Part shown: one piece after another, positions 49,729 to 59,264 of the stretch | Position numbering within the stretch: the stretch's first letter is position 1 | Layout of the letters: every line of letters begins with the position of its first letter | Assembly: GCA_963762565.1 (NCBI GenBank) | Contig: CAVXLD010000003.1 | Span: 480,001 to 544,000, forward strand | Length of the DNA: 64,000 nt | Source: an uncultured Verrucomicrobiae bacterium | GTDB taxonomy: Bacteria > Verrucomicrobiota > Verrucomicrobiia > Chthoniobacterales > JAFAMB01 | Direction: 5' to 3' | Notes under the pieces: model-generated | What the model was told of the DNA's origin: nothing | Databases searched by the model: none | Seen by the model: the letters and a program-made list of their open reading frames with translations, nothing else | Made by a program: the position numbers and the translations under genes

Positions 49729-50616
49729 TCAATAATAGATATTGACCGCGGCGTCGGTGGCGCCGTTGGTGACGACCGTGGTTTGAACACCACAACTGGT
49801 CGCGGCGTTGGTAACTCCCCAGTTAATCGACGGTGTCCCCTTGTTGGTTCGGACGTTCATTTTCGACATCTGGGAGTAGGCGGTGTTAGGAAATTGGGAG
49901 CATTCGTCGACGCTGTAAACTTCGAGGGTTTCGGTGCACCATGTCAATTGCGCGATTTGATTGATCGAGAAATCAGTTCCGCTGATGCCCGTGAATTCAC
50001 AAGTGTAGTCAAACTTCTTGTTGGTTTTTCCGACATAAGTAATGACCCCAGTTAACGACTGACCAACGCTGACTGTGACCAACGATGAATAGTAGGCTTG
50101 GTTTCCAGTTACGTACCAACTAGCAACTGCCCAGTCTTTCCCGCCTCCCGCGGCGCTGGGCCCATATTGTAATACCGGCTGCAGGATGGCCGTGCCGCTA
50201 TTCGGTTCGATAGAGTTAAATTGGAAAAGGGTTTGTCCATCGTAGGTCGAGGGCGCCGGAGGGACAGTCCAGGTGGTGGTAAAAGATTTAACCGGGCTTC
50301 CCGTTCTGTTGAGCCAGCTCGCGTAAGTAATCCAGCCGTTGTCGGTGAACGGAACTCTGGATTCGGTGACGTCCGGAACAGGAAAATCGACGTGGGCGCC
50401 AGTTTTTGGGTTCTCCATGCGGATATGGCCATCCGGCATGGTGGTTAAACTAAACCCTTGTGGAACGAAGTGGACGTTCGCGGCATCCCGATAGCCGAAC
50501 GGAGTCAGCACTTGGGTAGAGCTTTGAGCGGCTGCATTCTGAGGCACCAGGGCGGTTGATAGAGAAAACAGGATAACTCCTGCTGAGATATGATATCCGA
50601 TCGTTTTCAGTAACAT
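49729..50616 (-). CDS. Secreted protein, possibly with a peptidase G1/neprosin-like beta-sandwich
   Basis: Signal peptide, pro-region-like segment, NGW..YA.W, FTTTWTVP..P, ILQPVLQYG, ETLEVY, paired Cys. Confidence 0.65.
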   Translation of the reverse strand: MLLKTIGYHISAGVILFSLSTALVPQNAAAQSSTQVLTPFGYRDAANVHFVPQGFSLTTMPDGHIRMENPKTGAHVDFPVPDVTESRVPFTDNGWITYASWLNRTGSPVKSFTTTWTVPPAPSTYDGQTLFQFNSIEPNSGTAILQPVLQYGPSAAGGGKDWAVASWYVTGNQAYYSSLVTVSVGQSLTGVITYVGKTNKKFDYTCEFTGISGTDFSINQIAQLTWCTETLEVYSVDECSQFPNTAYSQMSKMNVRTNKGTPSINWGVTNAATSCGVQTTVVTNGATDAAVNIYY

Positions 50617-50770
50617 GGCCGCAGGTTACTGAAAACGAATTAGTCAAGGCAATACGTAAAAGGGCGTAACCGAATAAAATGCCGATTGTTCTTCAACGTC
50701 GCGGACCTGCATCAATACTGAATGAGGCGACAGAGATGTTGTTAGCAATGTCCGGCGAGAAATAGGCAAT

Positions 50771-51391
50771 TCAGTGTTTTTTACCGAATCGATCTTGATA
50801 TTGCCGGGGCTGTTGCTGAGTAGCGTCCGGATGTTCGCTTCGCTCATAATATTTCTGGGGATCAGGTCTTAACGGAAACATGGCTTTTTGGAACATGCCG
50901 CGGGACCTGTCCGGACCGGACATGAGACGGTAGACGGAGAGTTGCTGGTCTTGAAGCCAGTGTAAGGTGCCGAGGCGTTGTTCCGGGTCTTGCAGGTTCC
51001 TGAAAATATCTGATCGGAACCGGTCGTCGAGCAACGTCTCGATTAGCAGAGATGGAACCGAGTCAGTTGGTTCTTGCAGTGATAACAGGTCGTTCCGAGC
51101 CTTATCTACACCCCGTAAACGATTGTCTTCATGAAAGGGTTCGGCGCACTGGACACTCTTGATCAGGCAGAGGGTCTGCCGGTCTTGGCGCCACGCGAGA
51201 ACGTGACAGGTGCCGGATCGTTTTTCGTGAGCGTCTGTAAGGTACACAACGAGAGTGAATGAAAACGGATCCGGCGAGGCGGCAGGTTTAATGACAATGG
51301 AGCCGTACCATTTCATGTAATTGCGGTCCCAAGACCGTAGATCCGTAGTTTCGAGAAATTCGTCGAAGGTTTGTTCGGTTGAATCGCTCAT
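50771..51391 (-). CDS. Hypothetical protein
   Basis: 206-aa ORF with ATG start and no competing long ORF. Confidence 0.6.
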   Translation of the reverse strand: MSDSTEQTFDEFLETTDLRSWDRNYMKWYGSIVIKPAASPDPFSFTLVVYLTDAHEKRSGTCHVLAWRQDRQTLCLIKSVQCAEPFHEDNRLRGVDKARNDLLSLQEPTDSVPSLLIETLLDDRFRSDIFRNLQDPEQRLGTLHWLQDQQLSVYRLMSGPDRSRGMFQKAMFPLRPDPQKYYERSEHPDATQQQPRQYQDRFGKKH

Positions 51392-51437
51392 ATTCTTAGT
51401 TCGTTGGGGGTATCTGAGCGTAGCGTTTTTTAAGAAA

Positions 51438-51729
51438 GAATAGCCGCAAAAAGGCGCAAAAGGCGCAAAAAACTAGGGGTCGCCACCCCGTGGAGCGCTG
51501 CCTTGCTTGCAAGGCCGATGGTGAACAGGGAGACACCGCGCGATCCGCTCCTCCATTATCCACGCTCTGTACTGTACCAATAGAGGTCAGACCTCGGACG
51601 ATAGAGCGCAGCATGCACGAAGGTGTTACCTTACAGTATTTCTTTGTTCACCATCGGCCTCGCAAGCGAGGCGCGCTCCACGGGTGGCGACCCTATTTTT
51701 GTGCCTTTTGGGCCTTTTTGCGGCTATTC
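51438..51729. repeat. MITE-like unit with long composite inverted arms
   Basis: GAATAGCCGCAAAAAGG...GGGTCGCCACCCCGTGGAGCGC and its inverse at ~51656-51729. Confidence 0.75.
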
Positions 51730-51806
51730 CTCTTCGGTTTTCGCTCTGTAGGTTTCCCCGATGAGGCTTGCTCAACGACGGACGCATCAATTATAACGCT
51801 GAGCCT

Positions 51807-52826
51807 ATGGACTTTACCGTTATCCAAGCCTTCCTCGGTATACTGGCTGGGATCATAGCGTACTTGTTGATCTACTGTCTCTTGGGCGGCGTTTACACAG
51901 TGAACCAAAACGAGCGCGCCGTGGTGACGAATTTTGGCCGGGCGGAACGGCTTGGCCAGCGGACAACGCTCGACCTGCCGATCGCTCAGAGTTTGAGCCC
52001 TGAACATCGGGAAAGGTATGTTTATCCCCAGGTTCGGGTGGTTGGTCCCGGCGGGCCCTACCTGCGGATGCCGTGGCAACGGGTCTATAAGGCGTCGACT
52101 GCGATCCAAACCATCAATATCGCTTTTGATCCGGATACGCCCGGCGCCAATGCAAACGGCACCATTTTAGAAGCGGTCACGAAGGATCAATTGAACATCG
52201 GTTTAACGGGACAGGTTCGCTATCGGATCAGCGAACAGAACATTTACGCGTACTTGTTCGGCGTTAAGCGGCCAATCAGTCATGTCCTTGGGTATTTCAT
52301 CTCGATTCTTCGGGAACGAATCGCGAATTACGAAGCCCCGGTGATCAAGGATCCCACGGTCGACGTCAACGAACCGACTAGCGAAACTCTGGCTAAAGTC
52401 GGTGTGTCCATCAACGATCTGCGCAAGAATTTGAATGATCTTAACGATCAAATGGATCAGCAATGTCAGTCGTCAGCGGCGCGATACGGCATGGTATTGG
52501 ACGCATCGTTAATCACGGGGATCGATCCGCCGCCGGAGATTGAATCGGCGTTAGCGGCTATCAATACCGCTCACAACGAAGTCTCGTCCAAGATTAGTGT
52601 GGCCCAGGCGTCCGCTGATCAAAAGATAGAACAGTCTAAGCGGGCAGTAGAGATTGAGACTAACCGGGCCCAAGCCGAGGTACAGCCGCTGCGTTGGATA
52701 GCCCAGCAGATTGCCGAACTGAAAAATAGCGGCGAACATGCCTTACCGGCTTACTTGCGTAACGTTCGCCTCGATCTGTTTTCTAAAGCCAACCGAGTGG
52801 TGCTAACCCGAAAGGAGGAGAGATGA
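51807..52826 (+). CDS. SPFH/band-7 family membrane protein
   Basis: N-terminal TM, VYTVNQNERAVVTNFGR, PGGPYLRMPWQ, TKDQ, coiled-coil; ATG at 51807 chosen as start. Confidence 0.85.
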   Translation: MDFTVIQAFLGILAGIIAYLLIYCLLGGVYTVNQNERAVVTNFGRAERLGQRTTLDLPIAQSLSPEHRERYVYPQVRVVGPGGPYLRMPWQRVYKASTAIQTINIAFDPDTPGANANGTILEAVTKDQLNIGLTGQVRYRISEQNIYAYLFGVKRPISHVLGYFISILRERIANYEAPVIKDPTVDVNEPTSETLAKVGVSINDLRKNLNDLNDQMDQQCQSSAARYGMVLDASLITGIDPPPEIESALAAINTAHNEVSSKISVAQASADQKIEQSKRAVEIETNRAQAEVQPLRWIAQQIAELKNSGEHALPAYLRNVRLDLFSKANRVVLTRKEER

Positions 52827-53746
52827 CCTTTATTATCCTTTTTATTGTCACGTTTCTCCTCTCTATATTTACCGTTCCGCTTGCTCTAGGCGTGCTAAAG
52901 GGCATCAACTTTTACACCACCGTGAACGAGGGCCGGTGTAAGATGTACGTTTTGTTTGGCAAGGTATTAGGGGTCGTTGATCAACCGGGGTTGCATTTGC
53001 TTTGGCTAACCTTGGGGCCGCAGGCTGCGTTAGTGCGGTTTTTTGGGCGAGTGTATGAAATCGATCTTCGCCTCGATCAGGAGTATTTGCGAAGTAACCC
53101 GGTGAACTCCGAGGAAGGAACCCCGATGGGGGTTGGGGTTTGGTACGAAATGCGGATCAAGAATCCGGTTGATTTCTTATTTAAGAATGTTGATCCCCGA
53201 GGTTCGTTAAAAGCGAATGTGGCGAATGCTACCGTCCGTTCGCTTAGTAATATGCCTTTGGAAAAGCTGCTGGAGGACCGGCATGAAATGAGCCGCTTAG
53301 TTCGGCAGGAAGTATCACCTAAGTCGCAAGAATGGGGTTATGAGTTAGGTTCAATTTACGTCAGGAAAGTCCATTTCCGGGATGCGGAGATGATCCGGCA
53401 AATCGAGCAAAAAGTGGTTAACCGGTTGCGGCAGGTCACCTCGGCGATCCGGCAAGCAGGCAGTAACCAGGTGGATATCATTACCAGCGCGGCCGACCGC
53501 CAGGCTGCCACTGAGTTTGCCAAGGCGCGCTCGGTCCGGCCCCAGTTAGTAGGCGAAGCACTCCGCGAGATCGGTCAGGATCCGGATGTATTGAATGCCG
53601 TGTTCGAGACCTTAGAGGTTGACCGTATTACCAAGGGAGGAGCAGAGGTCACCCTGATCCCGGACGGTAAATACGAGACTTTGGTGGGCCTGCTCGCAGG
53701 TACAGGAGGGGATCTGCCGTCGCCAGCGCCGTTGAAAAACCGTTAA
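52823..53746 (+). CDS. SPFH/band-7 family membrane protein
   Basis: TM, LFGKV...PGLH, DLRL, EWGYELGSIYVR; ATGA overlap with the upstream gene. Confidence 0.85.
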   Translation: MTFIILFIVTFLLSIFTVPLALGVLKGINFYTTVNEGRCKMYVLFGKVLGVVDQPGLHLLWLTLGPQAALVRFFGRVYEIDLRLDQEYLRSNPVNSEEGTPMGVGVWYEMRIKNPVDFLFKNVDPRGSLKANVANATVRSLSNMPLEKLLEDRHEMSRLVRQEVSPKSQEWGYELGSIYVRKVHFRDAEMIRQIEQKVVNRLRQVTSAIRQAGSNQVDIITSAADRQAATEFAKARSVRPQLVGEALREIGQDPDVLNAVFETLEVDRITKGGAEVTLIPDGKYETLVGLLAGTGGDLPSPAPLKNR

Positions 53747-53945
53747 AATAAAAATTATCCGCAGATTACGCAGATTTCGCTCAAGACTTAGTTCACGCTG
53801 CAGACCAATGGAAACCGTTGAGCTACGAAAAGAGTCTCTTGCTCTTTGGTGTAATAGGCCTTTGAAACGTAGTCTGCGTAATCTGCGGATAACCTCTAAT
53901 CTGCCGTCATCGTCGTCCATCTGCGGTTAAACCCTTATTTTTCGC

Positions 53946-54734
53946 GTGCATTCGAGTCCATTCGCGGTTGAGAAGCTATTTTCTGCGGGGGAGTTTCGGT
54001 TCTCGCTGGGGATTGGGGCAGTGGAACCGGCGGAGTTTTTTCGGAACGGGCAAGGGGATCAGTTGCTCGAGTTCAGACAGCGAGCACTGGACTCAAGCCT
54101 TAGCGATTATCTGCAGCCGGTCTGGGATGAAGCGGTTTGGTCAGTGCTGCAGGATTTTGTTAACGGATTGGAGCCGGGGGCGAATACCGAGACGATCGAG
54201 ACTTTGGGGCGAAGCTGGGAGCCTGATTTTGTGATCTTAGATCGCGCGGCGCCGCATCAGGTGTGGGGCGGGTGTGTCTGTTTTCCTTCCGGATGGAGTT
54301 TAAGGGAGAAAATCGGCAAGAGTTTGTTTCTGACTCATGCGCCGGTGCCGGGTCTGAATGAGGATTTAGGGGCAAATATTTCGAAGTTGTTATCGAGGAT
54401 TGATGTTGGCCAATTCTTTCAGCGGACGAACTGGGGACTGACTGGGGCGTCGGCGCTCGATCAACATCCGCGGCACAAGATCGCGGCGATCGGGGCTTCC
54501 GTAGATCCGCGGACAGTTCACTTACGGGTTGAGTGGCAAGTGCTAACCGCGATTTCGGCGGCCGCATTGTTGTTCGGTATCAGAGTGTTTCATGTGCCGA
54601 TCGAGGAGGTGAAAGCGGCTCCGGAGTTGGGTTCACGATTGGCGATGAACCTGGAGACGATGCCGGCTGCGGTAGCGCGATATAAGCGGCTTGATCAGTG
54701 CCGGGAAATGTTGGTGAAGTATTTGCAAGGTTGA
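53946..54734 (+). CDS. DUF3445 / heme-dependent oxidative N-demethylase alpha-subunit-like protein
   Basis: EPDFVIL, CVCFPSGWSLREKIG, HAPVPG, RTNWG, LRVEWQVL, LFGIR. Confidence 0.8.
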   Translation: MHSSPFAVEKLFSAGEFRFSLGIGAVEPAEFFRNGQGDQLLEFRQRALDSSLSDYLQPVWDEAVWSVLQDFVNGLEPGANTETIETLGRSWEPDFVILDRAAPHQVWGGCVCFPSGWSLREKIGKSLFLTHAPVPGLNEDLGANISKLLSRIDVGQFFQRTNWGLTGASALDQHPRHKIAAIGASVDPRTVHLRVEWQVLTAISAAALLFGIRVFHVPIEEVKAAPELGSRLAMNLETMPAAVARYKRLDQCREMLVKYLQG

Positions 54735-54739
54735 GGGAG

Positions 54740-55110
54740 CGAGGGGTCGCCACCCGTGGAGCGTTGCCTCGCTTGCGAAGCCGTAGGGTTCGCCACCCCG
54801 GAGGGGAGCCGCTTTGGCACTTGGTTAGACGACGTAGCGAATTCAAGGTCGGGTGTCTTGTACCGCCAAGAAGGGCTTTAAACGGGCGGCTCCCGAGAAT
54901 GACCCAGCGCGATGTTCTTGGTCAACGCGTTCAAACTGGGTCAGTAGAAGTGCAGATCGCTCGGCCATTCTCGGGGGCCGCCTGCTATATCATTCTGGGG
55001 TCGTATCACGTAATTGACCTGGATTCGCGGGGGCGTGGCGGATAGCACCAAAGCGGCTCCCCTCCACGGGTGGCGACCCCTACGGCCTCGCAAGCGAGGC
55101 AGCGCTCACG
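54740..55110. repeat. Composite nested-IR MITE-like unit
   Basis: GGAGGGGAGCCGCTTTGG / CCAAAGCGGCTCCCCTCC arms embedded in GGGGTCGCCACCC and GCCTCGCTTGCGA arms. Confidence 0.75.
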
Positions 55111-55127
55111 GTTCCGACCGCATTGGA

Positions 55128-55370
55128 TCATTGCAGCTCCACCAGGAGAATATCGTTAGCGAGAGCGATCGCTTGCTCGACGGTTGGGCCATAGCGTTCC
55201 TTAAACGCGATCTCGTAGGTCACAGGATTGCCGAAGCAAGTTTGGCGTTTGTAAATCCTTAACGTCCAGCGGCGCGCGCATGAATCGAAAAGGAGAGAGA
55301 CGTCGGCGCTTTCAGCACGGATGAAAGATCCGTGTTCCTCGTGACTCCAAATAAAACCGCTTTGTTCCAA
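55128..55370 (-). CDS. Small hypothetical protein
   Basis: 80-aa ORF only. Confidence 0.3.
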   Translation of the reverse strand: MEQSGFIWSHEEHGSFIRAESADVSLLFDSCARRWTLRIYKRQTCFGNPVTYEIAFKERYGPTVEQAIALANDILLVELQ

Positions 55371-55574
55371 TCGCAGACCCGTTGACAGCAGGGATAATGC
55401 CAGGATCGCTGAGTGGATAGCAAACCAAAAGCGGACTCGCTTAGGCTCATCCGCATGACAGATGACAAATTACAAATGACAGATATGGAGCGACCCCATC
55501 GCCCAATTTGTCATGTGTCATCTGTCATTTGGCGAATCGCGCCTGGGCATGATCCGTGCTCTTAGACCGGCGGT

Positions 55575-56846
55575 ATGGCGGAAATGATTCTCGCTGAGGG
55601 TCCGGCGATTGCCCGCGTCAATCGTTGGTGGCAGCTCGGATGGGGGTTGGTTTGTATGATGGCGATCTCGAGCTCGCAATATGTATGGACATTGTTCACG
55701 ACGCCTTTAACCGGGCATTTAAATGCGACGTTGGCAGAGGTCCAGGTGACCTTCTCGGTTCTGATCGTTTTACAGACTTTTTTATCGCCTTTTCAAGGTT
55801 ATCTGGTGGACGTTTTTGGCCCGCGCGTCCTTCTCTCAATTGGCGCAATGCTTACAGGTCTAAGCTGGGTGTTTGCGGCCGGCGCGAGAAGCACCTTCGA
55901 GCTTTACCTCACTTACGGACTCTTTGGTGGGATCGGCACCGGCATCATCTACGTGGGGGTGGTAGGGCTCATGGCTCGCTGGTTCCCGGATCGGCGAGGG
56001 TTGGCTTGTGGAATCGTTGCTGCCGGCTATGGCATGGGAGCAATCATTACGACTTATCCGATCGCTTCCGCGATTAGCGGTGTTGGCTACCAGCAAACGT
56101 TGATCAGGTTTGGCGTGATCTTCGGTGTGGTCGGACTGCTGGCAGCTCAGGGAATGAGACGGCCACCGGAAACGCAGTCACGGACGAGCGGGCCGCCATC
56201 GCTACCGGGTATGGGAGTTGGTCCAAGCACGATGCTGCTTTCACCTATTTTCTGGGTGATGTTTCTCATGATGACCATGATGTCGACTTCGGGGCTTATG
56301 GTGATCTCGCAGATGGCCGCTTTTGCGAAAGATTTTGGTGTGGCCAACGCGATGGTATTCGGAACCGCGGCTCTGCCGTTGGCGCTAACCATTGATCGGT
56401 TTACGAATGGCTTAACTCGCCCGTTTTTCGGCTGGCTTTCCGACCGCATCGGCCGGGAACAGACGATGGGCCTGGCCTTCGGTTCAGAAGGTGTGGCCAT
56501 GTTCGTTTGGTTATCGACTCGAGAAAATCCGTTGTTATTTGTGCTGTTATCAGGGGTCGTTTTTTTCGGTTGGGGCGAAATTTTTTCTTTATTCCCGTCG
56601 ACCTTAACCGACACCTTTGGCGAGCGGTACGCCACGACGAACTACGGTTTTCTTTATATGGCGCAAGGGGTAGGGTCGGTATTCGGGGGACCGCTAGCGG
56701 CGTGGCTCCATGAAGCAACCAAGAGCTGGATCGTGGTGTTCTCGGTCATGATCGTGCTGGACCTGGTTGCCGCGGCGACGGCGGTCGCGGTACTGCGGCC
56801 ATTGCGGCGGCTTCGAGGGCCGCCGCGAATGACAAATGACAAATGA
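55575..56846 (+). CDS. oxlT: Oxalate/formate antiporter (OFA) family MFS transporter
   Basis: RWWQL...SSSQYVWTLF, WFPDRRGLACG..AAGYG, NGLTRPFFGWLSDRIGRE, GEIFSLFP, TTNYGFLY. Confidence 0.85.
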   Translation: MAEMILAEGPAIARVNRWWQLGWGLVCMMAISSSQYVWTLFTTPLTGHLNATLAEVQVTFSVLIVLQTFLSPFQGYLVDVFGPRVLLSIGAMLTGLSWVFAAGARSTFELYLTYGLFGGIGTGIIYVGVVGLMARWFPDRRGLACGIVAAGYGMGAIITTYPIASAISGVGYQQTLIRFGVIFGVVGLLAAQGMRRPPETQSRTSGPPSLPGMGVGPSTMLLSPIFWVMFLMMTMMSTSGLMVISQMAAFAKDFGVANAMVFGTAALPLALTIDRFTNGLTRPFFGWLSDRIGREQTMGLAFGSEGVAMFVWLSTRENPLLFVLLSGVVFFGWGEIFSLFPSTLTDTFGERYATTNYGFLYMAQGVGSVFGGPLAAWLHEATKSWIVVFSVMIVLDLVAAATAVAVLRPLRRLRGPPRMTNDK

Positions 56847-56950
56847 CAGATGACAGATTGTCCCGGGCCTAACATAAAGGCGATCAAAGTCCCGGCCGCC
56901 CGTGAGCGACTTTCGGCTGTGTTCGGTCCAGATCGCTAATTTGTCATCTG

Positions 56951-57640
56951 TCATTTCTTCAGTATCGGCTCAAGGTACCGGAACAGGACTGTTTTCAGCT
57001 CCTGGATTCCTTCTTTTTGCTGTTTGGGGGTGCCAGTAACGGCGGAATGCAGGAACGCTTTGACCAGCTGAACAGAGGTGGCGGCGGCTCGGTTAATTTC
57101 GGCGCGATTGGCGGCGGGGCAGTGGGCTCGGAACAATGCGGCCAAGCTCTTTTCTACGTGCTGTTTTAAGCCGTCGATGCTGGCAGTCAATTCATCTGAG
57201 ATCACTGATCCAGTTAATAGAGCTTCGAGACCCGGCCCCTGGCGCTGAAGAGAAATAAAAGGGTCCACGAGATGCGCAATCAGTTCTGCAAGCGGCGCAT
57301 CGGCTGAAGCGATATCGAAAGCGGCGCGATGGGTTTCGGGTAAACGCTCGAGATAACGAGCCGCTAAGGCGTCAGCAATAGCCTGTTTATTGGGGAAGAA
57401 TTGATAGAGGGTCCCAGGAGATACGCCGGCCTGTGCACAGATAGCGTTGGTGGTAGCTCGTTCATATCCGACCTGAGCAAAGACCGTGTCAGCGGCATCG
57501 AGCAATTGATCGATCCGGCGTTGGCCCCGGGCTTGGCGCCGGGGAGGAGCCGGAAGCGTGTCGGCGTGTGGGCGTATCGGCGTATCGGCGTGTTTGCGTA
57601 TGGGCGGGTGGACGGATAGACGGGAGGTATTTTTATTCAC
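56951..57640 (-). CDS. TetR/AcrR family transcriptional regulator
   Basis: RQARGQRRIDQLLDAA..VF...GYE..TTNAI...AGVSPGTLYQFFPNK. Confidence 0.92.
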   Translation of the reverse strand: MNKNTSRLSVHPPIRKHADTPIRPHADTLPAPPRRQARGQRRIDQLLDAADTVFAQVGYERATTNAICAQAGVSPGTLYQFFPNKQAIADALAARYLERLPETHRAAFDIASADAPLAELIAHLVDPFISLQRQGPGLEALLTGSVISDELTASIDGLKQHVEKSLAALFRAHCPAANRAEINRAAATSVQLVKAFLHSAVTGTPKQQKEGIQELKTVLFRYLEPILKK

Positions 57641-57687
57641 GAATAAAAACTCGCATTTGCTTAATATACGAATATATACTCGTATAT
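57639..57687. promoter_or_regulatory. Two putative TetR operators between the divergent genes
   Basis: ATATACGAATATATACTCGTATAT (57664-57687, 22/24 palindromic) and the related ACGAATAAAAACTCGC (57639-57654). Confidence 0.65.
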
Positions 57688-58785
57688 ATGACGGATGTGA
57701 ACCAAGACATCACAGCGGAGGCAGCGCCGGCATTGTCCGCGGCTAAGCCCGAGCAATCAGGCTGGAAGGCTGTTCCCGGGCAGACGGCGCTGGTAACCGG
57801 AGCTACCGGGCTACTAGGGAGTAACCTCGTTCGCGAGTTGGCAAAAAAGGGAGTCACGGTCAGAGCTTTGGTTAGATCCAAAGAGAAAGCGGAAAAGCAG
57901 TTCGGCTCCTTAGGTTTAGAAATTGTAGCGGGTGACATCAACGATCCGAAAACGTTTGTAGATCGCTTGCCAGGTGTCGACCTGGTTTTTCACACCGCAG
58001 CCTATTTTCGGGATAATTATAAAGGGGGCAAACATTGGGACCAACTCTATACCACTAATGTGGTGGGAACCGCGAACCTTCTCCAAGCCTGTTATCGGGC
58101 TGGGATTCGCCGGTTCGTGCAGATCAGTTCAACGGCGACGCTGCGCGGCCGGCCCGGAGAAGTGGCGGATGAGACGATGTTACGCCTGGAGAGTGAGGCC
58201 GATGACTATCAACGAAGCAAAATCCTTTCTGATCAGGAAGTGTTCAAGTTTTTGGGGTCGCATCCGGATTTTTGGACGGCGTTCGTATTACCTGGCTGGA
58301 TGCATGGCCCGGGTGACAGCGGGCCGACCGGTGCCGGCCAAACCGTGCTCGATTTTTTGAAAAGAAAATTGCCTGGTATTCCGCCCGGGTCCTTCTCGGT
58401 GGTGGATGTAAGAGACGTGGCCGACGTCGCCATCCGAGTCGCGGAAAGCGGAAAACGAGGTGACCGTTATCTGGCGGCCGGGAGAGCGGTAACCATGGAA
58501 AATCTGTTTAATGAGTTAGAGCGGGCCTCTGGGATCCGGGCGCCTCGTAATAAAGTACCAATGGCAGCCCTGTATCTGCTTGGAGCCATCGGCGAGCTTC
58601 GAGCTCGGATCACTCACCAACCTGCATTGATCAGTTGGGCAACAGTCCAGCTTCTGATTAAGGAAGCCGGTCGCCATCATTACGATCATCAAAAGAGCGA
58701 ACGCGAGTTAGGGATCCGGTTTAGAGAGGTACAGGAGACGTTGCGGGATGCGATAGGGTGGTTCAAGGCTAATGGGTATGCGTGA
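57688..58785 (+). CDS. NAD-dependent epimerase/dehydratase (extended SDR, dihydroflavonol-reductase-like)
   Basis: ALVTGATGLLGS, VFHTAA, NVVGT, ISS, YQRSK, VVDVRDVA; ATG at 57688 chosen as start. Confidence 0.9.
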   Translation: MTDVNQDITAEAAPALSAAKPEQSGWKAVPGQTALVTGATGLLGSNLVRELAKKGVTVRALVRSKEKAEKQFGSLGLEIVAGDINDPKTFVDRLPGVDLVFHTAAYFRDNYKGGKHWDQLYTTNVVGTANLLQACYRAGIRRFVQISSTATLRGRPGEVADETMLRLESEADDYQRSKILSDQEVFKFLGSHPDFWTAFVLPGWMHGPGDSGPTGAGQTVLDFLKRKLPGIPPGSFSVVDVRDVADVAIRVAESGKRGDRYLAAGRAVTMENLFNELERASGIRAPRNKVPMAALYLLGAIGELRARITHQPALISWATVQLLIKEAGRHHYDHQKSERELGIRFREVQETLRDAIGWFKANGYA

Positions 58786-59264
58786 GAGGGGGGAAGGGTG
58801 AGAAGTGATTGGTGATTGGTGGTAGGTGGTGGAGTGTCCCAGCGTTTCCGTTTCGTTCTCGTCCTTCCGACTTCGCCAGCGTCCCGGTTGTGGAGCGCGC
58901 CTCGCTTGCGAGGCCGTTCCAGCGTTGGCAACATAGACCATGGGCTTCTCGGACAGGCTGTCCTCGACTTGGGCGTGCACGTTCGACGTTCTAATCCCGG
59001 ACAAAAATACACCTTTGGGTCGTGGCACGTCCTTGCGGCGCGCGGGGATCCGACGTCGCCCCGCTGGGAGAAAAATCGATTGGTTGCCTCAGGCTATGTC
59101 GGACAGGCAGCGCGCCCTCCCCGATTTGCACCCTGCGACCACACCCCGCCTTGAAAATCATTTTTGCACGCTACATTGAGGGATGGCGAGGAACGTCCTA
59201 GATCCTAGATTCTAGCTTCCGCCTTCGCTACGCTATGGCGTGACAGGCCCTAGCTCCTCAAACT

